NCBI GenBank assembly: GCA_964252075.1
Contig: CAXULY010000008.1
Location: forward strand, 96,001 to 160,000
Direction: 5' to 3'
Source: an uncultured Deinococcaceae bacterium
GTDB lineage: Bacteria > Deinococcota > Deinococci > Deinococcales > Deinococcaceae
DNA: 64,000 bases
Below the pieces are notes generated by a model. The model was not told the DNA's origin. It saw nothing but the letters and a program-made list of their open reading frames with translations, and searched no databases. Positions 53,581 through 62,623 of this stretch are shown piece by piece; positions within the stretch are counted from its first letter, which is position 1, and the number at the start of each line of letters is the position of its first letter. Made by a program: the position numbers and the translations under genes.

Positions 53581-55155
53581 ATGACCCACTCAAAGATGCT
53601 TGCGCTCGCCGTCACCCTCGGAATGACCCTGGCCGCCGCGCAGTCCGCGCGTCAGAGCACCCTGGTGATCGGCGGTGACTTCTCCGACCTGATCACCGCC
53701 GACCCCGGCGTGTCCTACGAGTTCTCCGGCACCATCGTCACGAACAACCTGTACGACACCCTGGTGGCCTTCGAGGGCAACGACCTCAAGACCATCCGCC
53801 CGCGCCTCGCGCAGAGCTGGACCGTCACGAAACTCCCGGATGGCGGAAGCCGCCTCACCTTCAAGCTGAAAAACGCCAAGTTCTCCAGCGGGCGGCCCGT
53901 GACCGCCGCGGACGTCGTGTACAGCTACGACCGCGTCATTCAGCTTAAGACCCCCTCCAGCTTCCTGTTCACGGACGTCGCGAACATGAAGGTCGGCAGC
54001 ACCAAGGCCGTGGACCCCAAGACCGTCACCATCGACATCCCGAAAACCGCGAACCCGAACATCGTGCTGTCCTTGCTGACCTTCAACACGGGCGGTGTGA
54101 TTGACAGCACCGAGGCGAAGGCGCACGTCGTGAACAACGACTACGGCAGCAAGTGGCTGATGGACCACAGCGCGGGCAGCGGGCCCTTCACGCTCAACCG
54201 CTGGGACCGCAGCTCACAGGTGGTGCTGGACGCCAACCCCAACGGCCTGCGGCGCTCCATCAACATCAAGCGCGTCATCATGCGCTACATGCTGGAGTCC
54301 GCCGCGCAGCAGACGGCCCTGAACAGCGGTGACATCGACGTCGCCTGGGATTACACGCCGGACGCCTTCACCGCCGCCAGCAAGAACGCGAAACTCAAGG
54401 CCCTCAAGACCGACACCTTCCAGCTCGCGTACCTCGGCATGAACTCCGCGAAAGGCAGTCCCTTCGAGGACGCCCGCGTGCGCGAGGCGGTGCGGTACGC
54501 CATCGACCAGGACGGCATCATCAAGAGCCTCCTGAGTGGCCTGGGCCGCAAGACGCAGACCATCATCCCCATTGGCCTCGCGGGCTCGAACGCCGCCACC
54601 CCGTACAGCTACGACCCCGCCAAAGCCAAGGCGCTGCTCGCGGCGGCCGGGAAGGCGGACGGCTTCACGGTGGACTTCCTGGTCTCGACCGGGTCGTGCT
54701 CCGGCGGCGTGCCGTGCGCGGACCTCGCCGCGAAGGTGCAGGCGGACCTCGCGAAGGTGGGCATCAAGGCGAACATCAAGCAGCTCGTGAACGCGGAACT
54801 CCTGAAGACCTACCGCGCGCAGAAAGCGCCCCTCATTCAGGTCGCGTGGAGCCCCGACTACCCGGACGCGGACGGCAACGGCACGCCCCTCGCGGATTAC
54901 AACGCGAAGTCCCTCGCGTGGCGCAACGCGTGGCAGAACGACGCCGCCAGCAAACTCGCGCAGACGGCCGCCATCGAGTCCGACCAGAGCAAGCGCGTCG
55001 CGCTGTACAAGCAGCTCACGGACCTGCTGGTGAAGCAGGGGCCGTACGCCATCCTGTACCAGCCGTACAAGCCGATCGTCACGAACGCCAGCGTGGTGGG
55101 GTTCCTGCGCAACGCGAACGGCGACGTGCAGTTCGAGAAGGTCAGCAAGAAGTAA
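53581..55155 (+). CDS. Peptide/nickel ABC substrate-binding protein (family 5, DppA-like)
   Basis: LYDTLV, PRLAQSW, KFSSGRPVTAADVVYS, GSGPF, PFEDARVREAVRYAID, YDPAKAKALL. Confidence 0.93.
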   Translation: MTHSKMLALAVTLGMTLAAAQSARQSTLVIGGDFSDLITADPGVSYEFSGTIVTNNLYDTLVAFEGNDLKTIRPRLAQSWTVTKLPDGGSRLTFKLKNAKFSSGRPVTAADVVYSYDRVIQLKTPSSFLFTDVANMKVGSTKAVDPKTVTIDIPKTANPNIVLSLLTFNTGGVIDSTEAKAHVVNNDYGSKWLMDHSAGSGPFTLNRWDRSSQVVLDANPNGLRRSINIKRVIMRYMLESAAQQTALNSGDIDVAWDYTPDAFTAASKNAKLKALKTDTFQLAYLGMNSAKGSPFEDARVREAVRYAIDQDGIIKSLLSGLGRKTQTIIPIGLAGSNAATPYSYDPAKAKALLAAAGKADGFTVDFLVSTGSCSGGVPCADLAAKVQADLAKVGIKANIKQLVNAELLKTYRAQKAPLIQVAWSPDYPDADGNGTPLADYNAKSLAWRNAWQNDAASKLAQTAAIESDQSKRVALYKQLTDLLVKQGPYAILYQPYKPIVTNASVVGFLRNANGDVQFEKVSKK

Positions 55156-55259
55156 GGGTGGGCGTCACGCGCGCGTGACGCCGCGACCGCCCTCCACAAC
55201 GTCAGGGGCCGGTGGGACGCGCCCGCGTCCACCGGCCCCACGGTCATGAAGGAGCCGAT

Positions 55260-56267
55260 TTGCTGGGGTACATCCTGCGTCGTCTGGGCTTTCTGGTGTT
55301 CGTGCTGTGGGGCGTGAGCCTGGCGGCCTTCTTCATCTCGCACGTGGTGCCCGCCGACCCGGCCGCCGCCGCGCTGGGCAACAACGCCCGCGAGGAGCAA
55401 CTCGTGGAGTTCCGGCAGAAATTCGGCCTGGACCGCCCCGTCCCCGTGCAGTACCTGCGGTACACCGAGGACCTCCTGCAGGGCGACCTGGGCACGTCCC
55501 TGCGCACGCAGCGCAGCGTCGCCGCCGACCTCGGGCAGTTCTTCCCGGCGACCCTGGAACTCACGCTCGCCGCCGTGATCTTCGCGGTGGTGATCGGCCT
55601 GCCGCTCGGCATCATCGCGGCGCTGTACAAGGACCGCGCGCTGGACCTCGTGGCGCGCACCTTCGCGCTCCTCGGGGGCGCGACGCCCGTGTACTGGCTG
55701 GCGATCCTGCTGCTGAACCTCTTCCATGAGCACCTCGGGTGGCTGCCGGGGCCCGGGCGCCTCGACCCGTACAACCTCGCGCCGCCCACCGTCACGGGCC
55801 TCTACACGGTGGACGCCATCATCGCGCACGACCCCGCCGTGCTGCTCGACGCGCTGTACCACCTGATCCTGCCCGCCATCGTGCTGGGCGCGTTCTCTGC
55901 GGCGCTCCTCACGCGCATGGCGCGCAGCGCGATGCTGGAGGTGCTCAGCCAGGATTACGTGCGCACCGCGCGCGCCAAGGGGCAGCTGGAGCGCCGCGTG
56001 ATCCTCCGCCACGCGCTGCGCAACGCCGCCCTGCCCATCCTGACGGTCGCGGCGGGCCTCTTCGGGAGTCTCCTCACGGGCGCCGTGCTGACCGAGACCA
56101 TCTTCTCGTGGCCCGGCATCGGCGGGTACGCCACGAGTTCCGCCGTGAGCCTGGATTTCCCGGCGGTCATGGGCGTCACCCTCATCGCGGGCCTCGTGTA
56201 CAGCGTCGTGAACCTCATCACGGACCTGCTGTACGCATGGCTCGACCCGAGGATCAGCTACCGATGA
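55260..56267 (+). CDS. Peptide ABC permease (DppB-like)
   Basis: TTG start after AAGGAG; YILRRL, GDLGTS, PATLEL, RSAMLEVLSQDYVRTARAKG. Confidence 0.94.
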   Translation: MLGYILRRLGFLVFVLWGVSLAAFFISHVVPADPAAAALGNNAREEQLVEFRQKFGLDRPVPVQYLRYTEDLLQGDLGTSLRTQRSVAADLGQFFPATLELTLAAVIFAVVIGLPLGIIAALYKDRALDLVARTFALLGGATPVYWLAILLLNLFHEHLGWLPGPGRLDPYNLAPPTVTGLYTVDAIIAHDPAVLLDALYHLILPAIVLGAFSAALLTRMARSAMLEVLSQDYVRTARAKGQLERRVILRHALRNAALPILTVAAGLFGSLLTGAVLTETIFSWPGIGGYATSSAVSLDFPAVMGVTLIAGLVYSVVNLITDLLYAWLDPRISYR

Positions 56268-57115
56268 CGCGCGCCGCCTTCAGCCCGAACGCGGCCCTCG
56301 CGCGCCGCTTCCGCCGCAACCCCGGCGCCATGCTGGGCCTCATCATCGTGGCGCTGCTGCTCCTGATCGCCCTCGTCGGGCCGCTCCTGACCGGCAACCC
56401 CACCGACCAGGCGCTCGCGGACCGCCTGCAGGCGCCCAGCGGCGCGCACTGGCTGGGCACCGACCAGCTGGGCCGCGACGTGCTCGCGCGCGTCGTGAAC
56501 GGCGCGCGCATCTCCCTGCGCCTCGGGGTGTTCGTGGTGCTGCTGTCCCTCGCCATCGGCATCGTCGTGGGCCTCACGGCGGGCCTCACGGGCGGCGTGT
56601 GGGACGACGTGCTCATGCGCATCACGGACATCTTCCTGGCCTTCCCCAGCCTGATTCTCGCTATGGCGATCTCCGCGGCGCTCGGGCCGAGCCTCACGAA
56701 CGTGCTGATCGCCGTGGCGGTGGTGTCGTGGCCCGCGTACGCAAGGTTATTGCGCGCGCAGGTGCTCGCCCTGCGCGAACGGGAGTTCGTGGAGGCCGCC
56801 CGCGCGGTCGGCGCGTCCAGCGCCCGCATCGCGTGGCGGCACCTGCTGCCGAACACCCTCGCGCCGCTCCTCGTGCAGGCGAGTTTCGATGTGGGCGGCG
56901 CCATCCTGACCGCCGCCGGGCTGGGTTTCATCGGCTTCGGCGCGCAACCCCCCATCCCGGAGTGGGGCGCCATGGTGAGTGAGACGCGCAACTACATCGG
57001 GCAGGCGCCGTGGGCGTCCAGCGCGCCCGCCCTCGCCATCCTGCTCACGGTGCTGGCCTTCAACCTGCTGGGTGACGGCATCCGCGACGTGTACGACCCC
57101 AGGAACAGCCGGTAG
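56264..57115 (+). CDS. Peptide ABC permease (DppC-like)
   Basis: HWLGTDQLGRDVLAR, EFVEAARAVGA, PEWGAM, FNLLGDGIRD; ATGA overlap with dppB. Confidence 0.94.
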   Translation: MTRAAFSPNAALARRFRRNPGAMLGLIIVALLLLIALVGPLLTGNPTDQALADRLQAPSGAHWLGTDQLGRDVLARVVNGARISLRLGVFVVLLSLAIGIVVGLTAGLTGGVWDDVLMRITDIFLAFPSLILAMAISAALGPSLTNVLIAVAVVSWPAYARLLRAQVLALREREFVEAARAVGASSARIAWRHLLPNTLAPLLVQASFDVGGAILTAAGLGFIGFGAQPPIPEWGAMVSETRNYIGQAPWASSAPALAILLTVLAFNLLGDGIRDVYDPRNSR

Positions 57116-57120
57116 CGGAA

Positions 57121-57158
57121 ACTGGAGGGAGGCGGGCCGGAGGTCGCCTCCCTCCAGT
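57121..57158 (+). terminator. Terminator-like hairpin after dppC
   Basis: 14-bp perfect stem ACTGGAGGGAGGCG/CGCCTCCCTCCAGT. Confidence 0.7.
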
Positions 57159-57271
57159 GGGTCAGCGTGACCCCCGACGTGACGCTTCTGGTGTCAGAGG
57201 GGCGGGGGAGAGGCCACCGCGTGGACCACGCTGTGGGCTAGACGCCTCGGCTGTGCAGCTGCACCACACAT

Positions 57272-57304
57272 GAGAGGGGGAGGCCGATTCGGCCTCCCCC
57301 TCTC
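57272..57304 (-). terminator. Terminator-like hairpin after dnaJ
   Basis: 15-bp perfect stem GAGAGGGGGAGGCCG/CGGCCTCCCCCTCTC. Confidence 0.7.
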
Positions 57305-57314
57305 GTTGTTCGAT

Positions 57315-58445
57315 TCAGTCGCGCCGGATGGCTTTGCCGAGTCGCTCGAAGAAGCCGTCCTTGTGCTCGGTGATCTCCTCACCGACCGCGCGGGCGTAGG
57401 ACTCCAGCGAGGCGCGCGCCTCCGGGCTGAGGTCCTTGGGTTTCGGCACCACCAGTTCGAACAGCACGATCAGGTCGCCCACGCCGCTGCCCTGCAGGCG
57501 CGGCATGCCCTGGCCGCGCAGGCGCAGGGTCTCGCCGGGCTGCGTGCCGGGCTTCACCTCAATCTCGCGCTCGCCGTCCAGGGTGGGCACCATCATCTTC
57601 CCGCCGAAGGTGGCTTTCGCGAAGCCCAGGCGCGCGGTGTGGATGAGGTGCTCTGCCTCGCGGCGCAGCTCGGGGTGCGGCTCCATCTCGATGTGCACGT
57701 ACAGGTCACCGTTCCCGCCGGCGCCCTCGTGCCCCATGCCGCTCACGCGGATGCGGTAACCCTCGTCAATGCCGCGCGGGAGGCGGACGCTGGCCTTCTC
57801 GGGCTTCAGGGTGCGGCCACGCCCACGGCACTCGGTGCAGGGGTCCTCAATGATCTGCCCCTCGCCGCGGCAGGTGGGGCAGGGCTGTTGCGTGAGCATG
57901 GTGCCCAGGATGGTGCGCGCCTGCACCTGCACGACGCCCGCGCCGCCGCAGTTCGCGCAGGTGTGCGGGGGCTTGCCGCCCGGTTCGGTGCGCGTGCCGT
58001 GGCAGTGCTCGCACTCGGAGAGGCGGTCGATCTCCACCTCGATCTCGGCGCCCTCGCGCGCCTGATCGAGCGTGATGGTCGCGGTCGTCTCGATGTCCTC
58101 GCCGCGCGCGGGGCCGCGCCGCCCGCCGCCCTGACGGCCGAAGAGGCCGCCGCCGAAGATCTGCTCGAACAGGTCGAAGGGGTCGACGCCCGCGCCGCCC
58201 ATCCCGCCGAAGGGGTCGCCCATGCCGCCCGCGGCGGAGGGCGCGCTGCCGAAGCGGTCGTAGTGCGCGCGTTTCTCCGGGTCGGAGAGGACGGCGTAGG
58301 CCTCGTTGATCTGCGTGAATTTCTCTTTGGCGTCCGGTTCCTTGTTGCGGTCCGGGTGGTACTGCAGGGCCAGTTTGCGGTACGCCTTCTTGATGTCGTC
58401 GGCGCCCGCGTCCTTGCTCACACCGAGCAGCTCGTAGTAGTCCAT
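57315..58445 (-). CDS. dnaJ: Chaperone DnaJ
   Basis: J-domain with HPD, G/F-rich region, four CxxCxGxG-type repeats, C-terminal domains. Confidence 0.97.
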   Translation of the reverse strand: MDYYELLGVSKDAGADDIKKAYRKLALQYHPDRNKEPDAKEKFTQINEAYAVLSDPEKRAHYDRFGSAPSAAGGMGDPFGGMGGAGVDPFDLFEQIFGGGLFGRQGGGRRGPARGEDIETTATITLDQAREGAEIEVEIDRLSECEHCHGTRTEPGGKPPHTCANCGGAGVVQVQARTILGTMLTQQPCPTCRGEGQIIEDPCTECRGRGRTLKPEKASVRLPRGIDEGYRIRVSGMGHEGAGGNGDLYVHIEMEPHPELRREAEHLIHTARLGFAKATFGGKMMVPTLDGEREIEVKPGTQPGETLRLRGQGMPRLQGSGVGDLIVLFELVVPKPKDLSPEARASLESYARAVGEEITEHKDGFFERLGKAIRRD

Positions 58446-58603
58446 GGGTCCTCCGGCGGCGCGGGCGCCGCCTTATGCCTCATGTTAACACGACCACGCT
58501 CAAGAGAACTGGAGCGCGGGCGCGCAGAAGATAAACAAGTCAGCGAGCGCATGTCTGCACTCGCCGCCCCAACATATAGGTGCGTCGCCCGACACCATGC
58601 CGG

Positions 58604-58819
58604 TCAGTCTGAGGCGCTCACCGCTTCCCCGACCGTCACGCCACCCACGGTGGCGCACCCACCTTCCACGAGGTCCAGCAGGGCGAGGGCGCGGGCCAGC
58701 CGTTCCGCTTTGTGCAGTGCATCGGTCCGGCAGACCTCGTGGCCATCCTGCATGACGGAGACGTATTGGGCACGGCTCTGCTCGCGCGAGCCCAGGCGCT
58801 GCGTGAAGTAAAGCTTCAT
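58604..58819 (-). CDS. Small hypothetical protein (71 aa)
   Basis: ATG preceded by GAGGG and a TAGAGT box; fills the dnaJ-mug gap; plausible beta-hairpin plus helix composition. Confidence 0.55.
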   Translation of the reverse strand: MKLYFTQRLGSREQSRAQYVSVMQDGHEVCRTDALHKAERLARALALLDLVEGGCATVGGVTVGEAVSASD

Positions 58820-58894
58820 GACGCCCTCACTCTACATCCATAAACCTGACAACGCACTGACAGACTGTGGCGCCGCACCCCACAATGGCCAGGC

Positions 58895-59446
58895 ATGACC
58901 GACGCCTCCAGCTACCTCGTCCCCGACCTGCTCGCGCCGAAGCTCACCCTGGTGCTCTGCGGCAGCGCGCCCAGCCGCATCAGCGCGCAGGCCCACGCGT
59001 ACTACGCCAACCCCGCCAACAAGTTCTGGCGCACCCTGCACGCCACAGGGCTCACGCCGCGCCTCTTTGCGCCGCAGGAGTACCCGCTGCTGCTCGAACT
59101 CGGCATCGGCCTGACGGACGTCGCGAAACGCCACAGCGGCAACGACGCCCAGCTGCCCCGCGAGGCGTGGGCACCAGACGAACTGCACGCCAAATTGCGC
59201 CGCTGGGCGCCCCGCATGCTGGCCTTCACCTCCAAACGCTCCGCCAGCGAGGCGCTCGGCGTGCCCACCGGCCGCCTCCCGTACGGCCCGCAGGCGCAAC
59301 CGCTGCTGGACTGCGAGGTATGGGTGCTGCCCAGCACCAGCCCACTCGGGCACAACCACTTCACCCTCGCGCCCTGGCAGGCGCTCGCGGACCGCTACCA
59401 CGTACTGCGCGGCCAGCCGCCCCACCCCCCGACGCGCACGCCATGA
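58895..59446 (+). CDS. mug: Mismatch-specific uracil DNA glycosylase (Mug/TDG family)
   Basis: VPDLL, CGSAPS, YYANPANKFW, GIGLTDV, VLPSTSP. Confidence 0.92.
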   Translation: MTDASSYLVPDLLAPKLTLVLCGSAPSRISAQAHAYYANPANKFWRTLHATGLTPRLFAPQEYPLLLELGIGLTDVAKRHSGNDAQLPREAWAPDELHAKLRRWAPRMLAFTSKRSASEALGVPTGRLPYGPQAQPLLDCEVWVLPSTSPLGHNHFTLAPWQALADRYHVLRGQPPHPPTRTP

Positions 59447-59839
59447 CGGGCAACCACGTCCTCGACCTCACAGTCGTGCGCCAGGCCGCCTTGTTGGCCA
59501 ACTGACCCGGACTGCGTTGGTGCACCCACGCGGACTTCTGGACAGCGCCAACACCCTTACCCACCTGTGGCTTCTCGCTCGGGCGGGCGTGCTGGGCATG
59601 CCCGACGAGCAAAGCGCCGCCTGGTCCCTCGGCGCCTTTGTGACCGGGCTGGGGCGGACAGGCAGGGGCTCTTCCTCCCTGGGAGACGTGTGTGGGCCTG
59701 AGCAGCCTGCGCTACACCAGTGAGGCCGGCCGCTCAGGCGGCGGGGCGATCAGCGCGTCGCGACGTGGGCGCCCTCAGCCAATCGGGCGGTGCGGGCCGT
59801 GAACGCTTGACTGGGCGTCCGGCCCGCACGTCCACCGTG

Positions 59840-61429
59840 CTAGAAGCGCGCGCGCTGACCGAGCGCGGTGAGCACCTCACGCGCGGCGCGCTCCCCGCTC
59901 TCCGCGCCGCCCTCCATGTACCCCTGCGCCTCCAGGCTGGTGTGCTCCCCCGCGAAGTGCAGCCGCCCCACCCGCTCGCCCTCCGCGCCCGCGATGCCCG
60001 TCCACTGGCCCGGCCGGTACGCCGCGTACGACGCGCGCACGAACGGCTGCGTGGGCCAGTGCGCCCGGACCGCTGGGCGTCCATCGCGCGCGTCCGTGAG
60101 GTGCGGGTACAGGGCGTTCATCTGCGTGAGCCACGCGCGCGTCTGCGACTCCGCGCTGCCCGCCCCGATCTCCAGACCGTGCCGCCCCCCCGTGAAGTTC
60201 GTGAGGGTGCCGGGCAAACCGGTGCGGGTGGCGGTGCGGCTGCTCTCCCAGGTGGTCTGGAAGGGTCGCTCGGAGAAGGTCGCGCCGTTGCTGTTGTACC
60301 GGGTGCGCCACACGCGCTCCGTGAACCCCGCGATGAGCTTCGCGTTCGTGCCGTACCCCAGTTCCGCGATGGCGCGGCGCTTCGCGGCGGGGAGCTCCAC
60401 CCGCAGGTCCACCTCCCGCAGCATGGTGAAGGGCAGCGTCAGCACCACCTGCTGCGCGCGCACGTCCTGCGTGCGCCCGCCGCGTTCGAAACTCAGGGTG
60501 TACCCCCCGAGGGCGTCCTCGCGCAGCGCCACGAGCCGCGCGCTCAACTCCAGCTGCCCCACGAGCTGCTGCGCGAGGCGGCGCGGGATTTCGGCGTTCC
60601 CGCCGACCGTCGTGAAGCGCTCGTCACTCTCGCCGTACAGCGCGAAGCGGTCGGAGTCCGTCCCGATGAGCGTGAGGAGGTTCAGGCTGGACTGCTCGTC
60701 CGCCTCCAGGCCGAACTCCGTCGTGTACGACAGCTTCAGCAGGTCGCGCAGCCACGGCTCGAGGTCCACGCCGTCCAGGTACGCGCTGATGGACTGCCGG
60801 TCGAGGGGCGCCGCGCGGCCCGGCGTGCGGTACGTGATGTCCGCGTCCCCGAGCGCCGCGAGGTCTGCGTCGATGCGCCGCGCGAGCGGGCGGAACGCGG
60901 CGAGCACCTCGGCGTCCGTGCGCCGCCCCCCGAAATCCCAGATGTTCGTCGTGAGGCCGCGGTCTGTCGGGTCGAGGTCGTACAGCGCCACCCCAAGCTC
61001 ACGCGCGAGGCGCCGGATGCTGGTGTGCCCACTGTCAATGAACTCGCCGCCCAGCTCCACGTGCCGCTGTCCGAACGCGCCGTACAGGGTGGACATGCGC
61101 CCGCCGACGCGCCCCGCCGCCTCGAACACCCGCACCGGCACGCCCGCCCGCTTGAGGCGCCACGCCGACGTGAGGCCCGCGATGCCCGCGCCCACCACCA
61201 CCACCGGCGCGGTCCGGACCGCTGCGGGCGCACCGGACCCGCCCGCCAGGGCCCGCGCGCCGAGCGTCGCAGCGCCCAGGACCGCGCCGCGCCGCAGCAG
61301 TTCACGGCGCGTCAGGCGCGCGGCGTCCGCGAGGCCGAGGGCGTCGTCGTCACTCAGCAGGCGGCGTTCGGTGTCACGCGCGAGGCGCAGGTGCGCCCTC
61401 ACGCGGCCGAACAGGGGGGAGCGGCTCAA
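59840..61429 (-). CDS. Flavin monoamine oxidase family protein with Tat-like motif
   Basis: TRRELL, VVGAGIAGL, EAAGRVGGR, ELGGEFI, FAGEHTS...GYMEGGAESGERAA; TTG start after GAGG. Confidence 0.9.
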   Translation of the reverse strand: MSRSPLFGRVRAHLRLARDTERRLLSDDDALGLADAARLTRRELLRRGAVLGAATLGARALAGGSGAPAAVRTAPVVVVGAGIAGLTSAWRLKRAGVPVRVFEAAGRVGGRMSTLYGAFGQRHVELGGEFIDSGHTSIRRLARELGVALYDLDPTDRGLTTNIWDFGGRRTDAEVLAAFRPLARRIDADLAALGDADITYRTPGRAAPLDRQSISAYLDGVDLEPWLRDLLKLSYTTEFGLEADEQSSLNLLTLIGTDSDRFALYGESDERFTTVGGNAEIPRRLAQQLVGQLELSARLVALREDALGGYTLSFERGGRTQDVRAQQVVLTLPFTMLREVDLRVELPAAKRRAIAELGYGTNAKLIAGFTERVWRTRYNSNGATFSERPFQTTWESSRTATRTGLPGTLTNFTGGRHGLEIGAGSAESQTRAWLTQMNALYPHLTDARDGRPAVRAHWPTQPFVRASYAAYRPGQWTGIAGAEGERVGRLHFAGEHTSLEAQGYMEGGAESGERAAREVLTALGQRARF

Positions 61430-61505
61430 CTGGACCTCGCGTCGTGCATCAGGGGCCTCCTTGAATGCCCCAGCTTAACCTTTTGGCCGCACGCTCAGAT
61501 CAACC

Positions 61506-61811
61506 TCACACGGCGTCCGTCAGGCCGTACAGCTCCAGGAAGCGCCGCGTGCGCGCCGCCAGGGTGGGCAGGGGCGCCACCTCGCCGCACACCCAGTCGG
61601 GTGTGTAGTTGCGGCACACCGCCGGACGACTGGCGTACACCCCGCAGCGGCAGTCCGCGCCGAGGTGCGCGCACGGCACCCCGAGGGGCTTCGCGAGGGC
61701 CGCGATGTCCGGCGCCGCGCAGCACGCCCCGCACCCGCTGCACGCGCGCTGCCACGCGCTGCGCGGCGCGACCTCCGGCGGCGCGCGGAACAGGTCCGGC
61801 GCGTCAGCCAC
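61506..61811 (-). CDS. YkgJ family cysteine-cluster protein
   Basis: CSGCGACC, CAHL...CGVYASRPAVCRNY. Confidence 0.9.
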   Translation of the reverse strand: MADAPDLFRAPPEVAPRSAWQRACSGCGACCAAPDIAALAKPLGVPCAHLGADCRCGVYASRPAVCRNYTPDWVCGEVAPLPTLAARTRRFLELYGLTDAV

Positions 61812-62619
61812 CGAAGGCGTCCGCGCACAGCGAGCCGCGCTGCGCCTCGGCCAGTTGGCCCTGCGGGAAGAAGTTCAGGCCGCTGCGCCGCTCGATCTCC
61901 GCGATGCTCACCTCGTAGCGCGAGAAGTTCGTGGTGCGCCGCAACGCCGCGTTCGGCATCAGGAACGCGCGGTAAGCGCCGCTGCGGGCGTCCAGCGCGA
62001 TCTTGAAGAGGGCGTCCGGCACCTCCACGCGGTCCGGACCCACCGTGCGCGCGCGGCCCTCGAAGATCGGTCCCGTGATGACGAAGAGCTCCCCGGAGCG
62101 TTTCGCGCACGCGCGCGTCGCGGCCTCCAGGCCCGCCCAGATCTGCTCGTTCATCACGCGGTTCTGCGGCACCATGTTCGACAGGTAGAAGCTCTGGTGC
62201 ATCTCCCGCGTGTCCGTCGCGTCCGCCGCGGGCGCCATGTGGCCCCGGTCGTAGCCGCTGCCCGCGTAATCGTTCAGCTCCGCGCGCTGCCCGCCCGGCA
62301 GGTCCGGGTCCGGCTGGAAGTCATCGGTGCGCGTGACGCTCCGCGCGAGGTCGCGCGCGACGAGGTGCTCGGCAGAGTACAGCGGCACCTTGCGCACGTC
62401 GTCGTGCAGGGTGGCGTACCCCAGGCGGCACAGGAAGGTCGTGCGTTCCCCGGTCCTGGGCTGCGGCTGCCCGAACGCGAACATCTCGCCGCACGCGCCC
62501 CCCGTGCTGGCGGGCGGGCGGCCCCGCTGCTGCTCGAACAGCCAGCCGAGCACGCCCAGCACCAGCACCACGATGACCAGCCACAACGGCTGCCGCGGCG
62601 ATCGACGGCTTCTTGACAT
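61804..62619 (-). CDS. DNA/RNA non-specific endonuclease (NucA/EndoG-like), membrane-anchored
   Basis: N-terminal TM; DYAGSGYDRGHMAPAAD, SFYLSNMVPQ..MNEQIWAGLE, VITGP, VPDALFK, IERRSGLNFF. Confidence 0.93.
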   Translation of the reverse strand: MSRSRRSPRQPLWLVIVVLVLGVLGWLFEQQRGRPPASTGGACGEMFAFGQPQPRTGERTTFLCRLGYATLHDDVRKVPLYSAEHLVARDLARSVTRTDDFQPDPDLPGGQRAELNDYAGSGYDRGHMAPAADATDTREMHQSFYLSNMVPQNRVMNEQIWAGLEAATRACAKRSGELFVITGPIFEGRARTVGPDRVEVPDALFKIALDARSGAYRAFLMPNAALRRTTNFSRYEVSIAEIERRSGLNFFPQGQLAEAQRGSLCADAFGG

Positions 62620-62623
62620 GCCC

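Noticed and set aside
61804..61815. Nuclease C-terminus ends in Gly-Gly, a potential ZnF-UBP ligand
   Set aside because: 34 kb from the antiporter gene and predicted to be extracytoplasmic; GG endings are frequent in GC-rich proteomes
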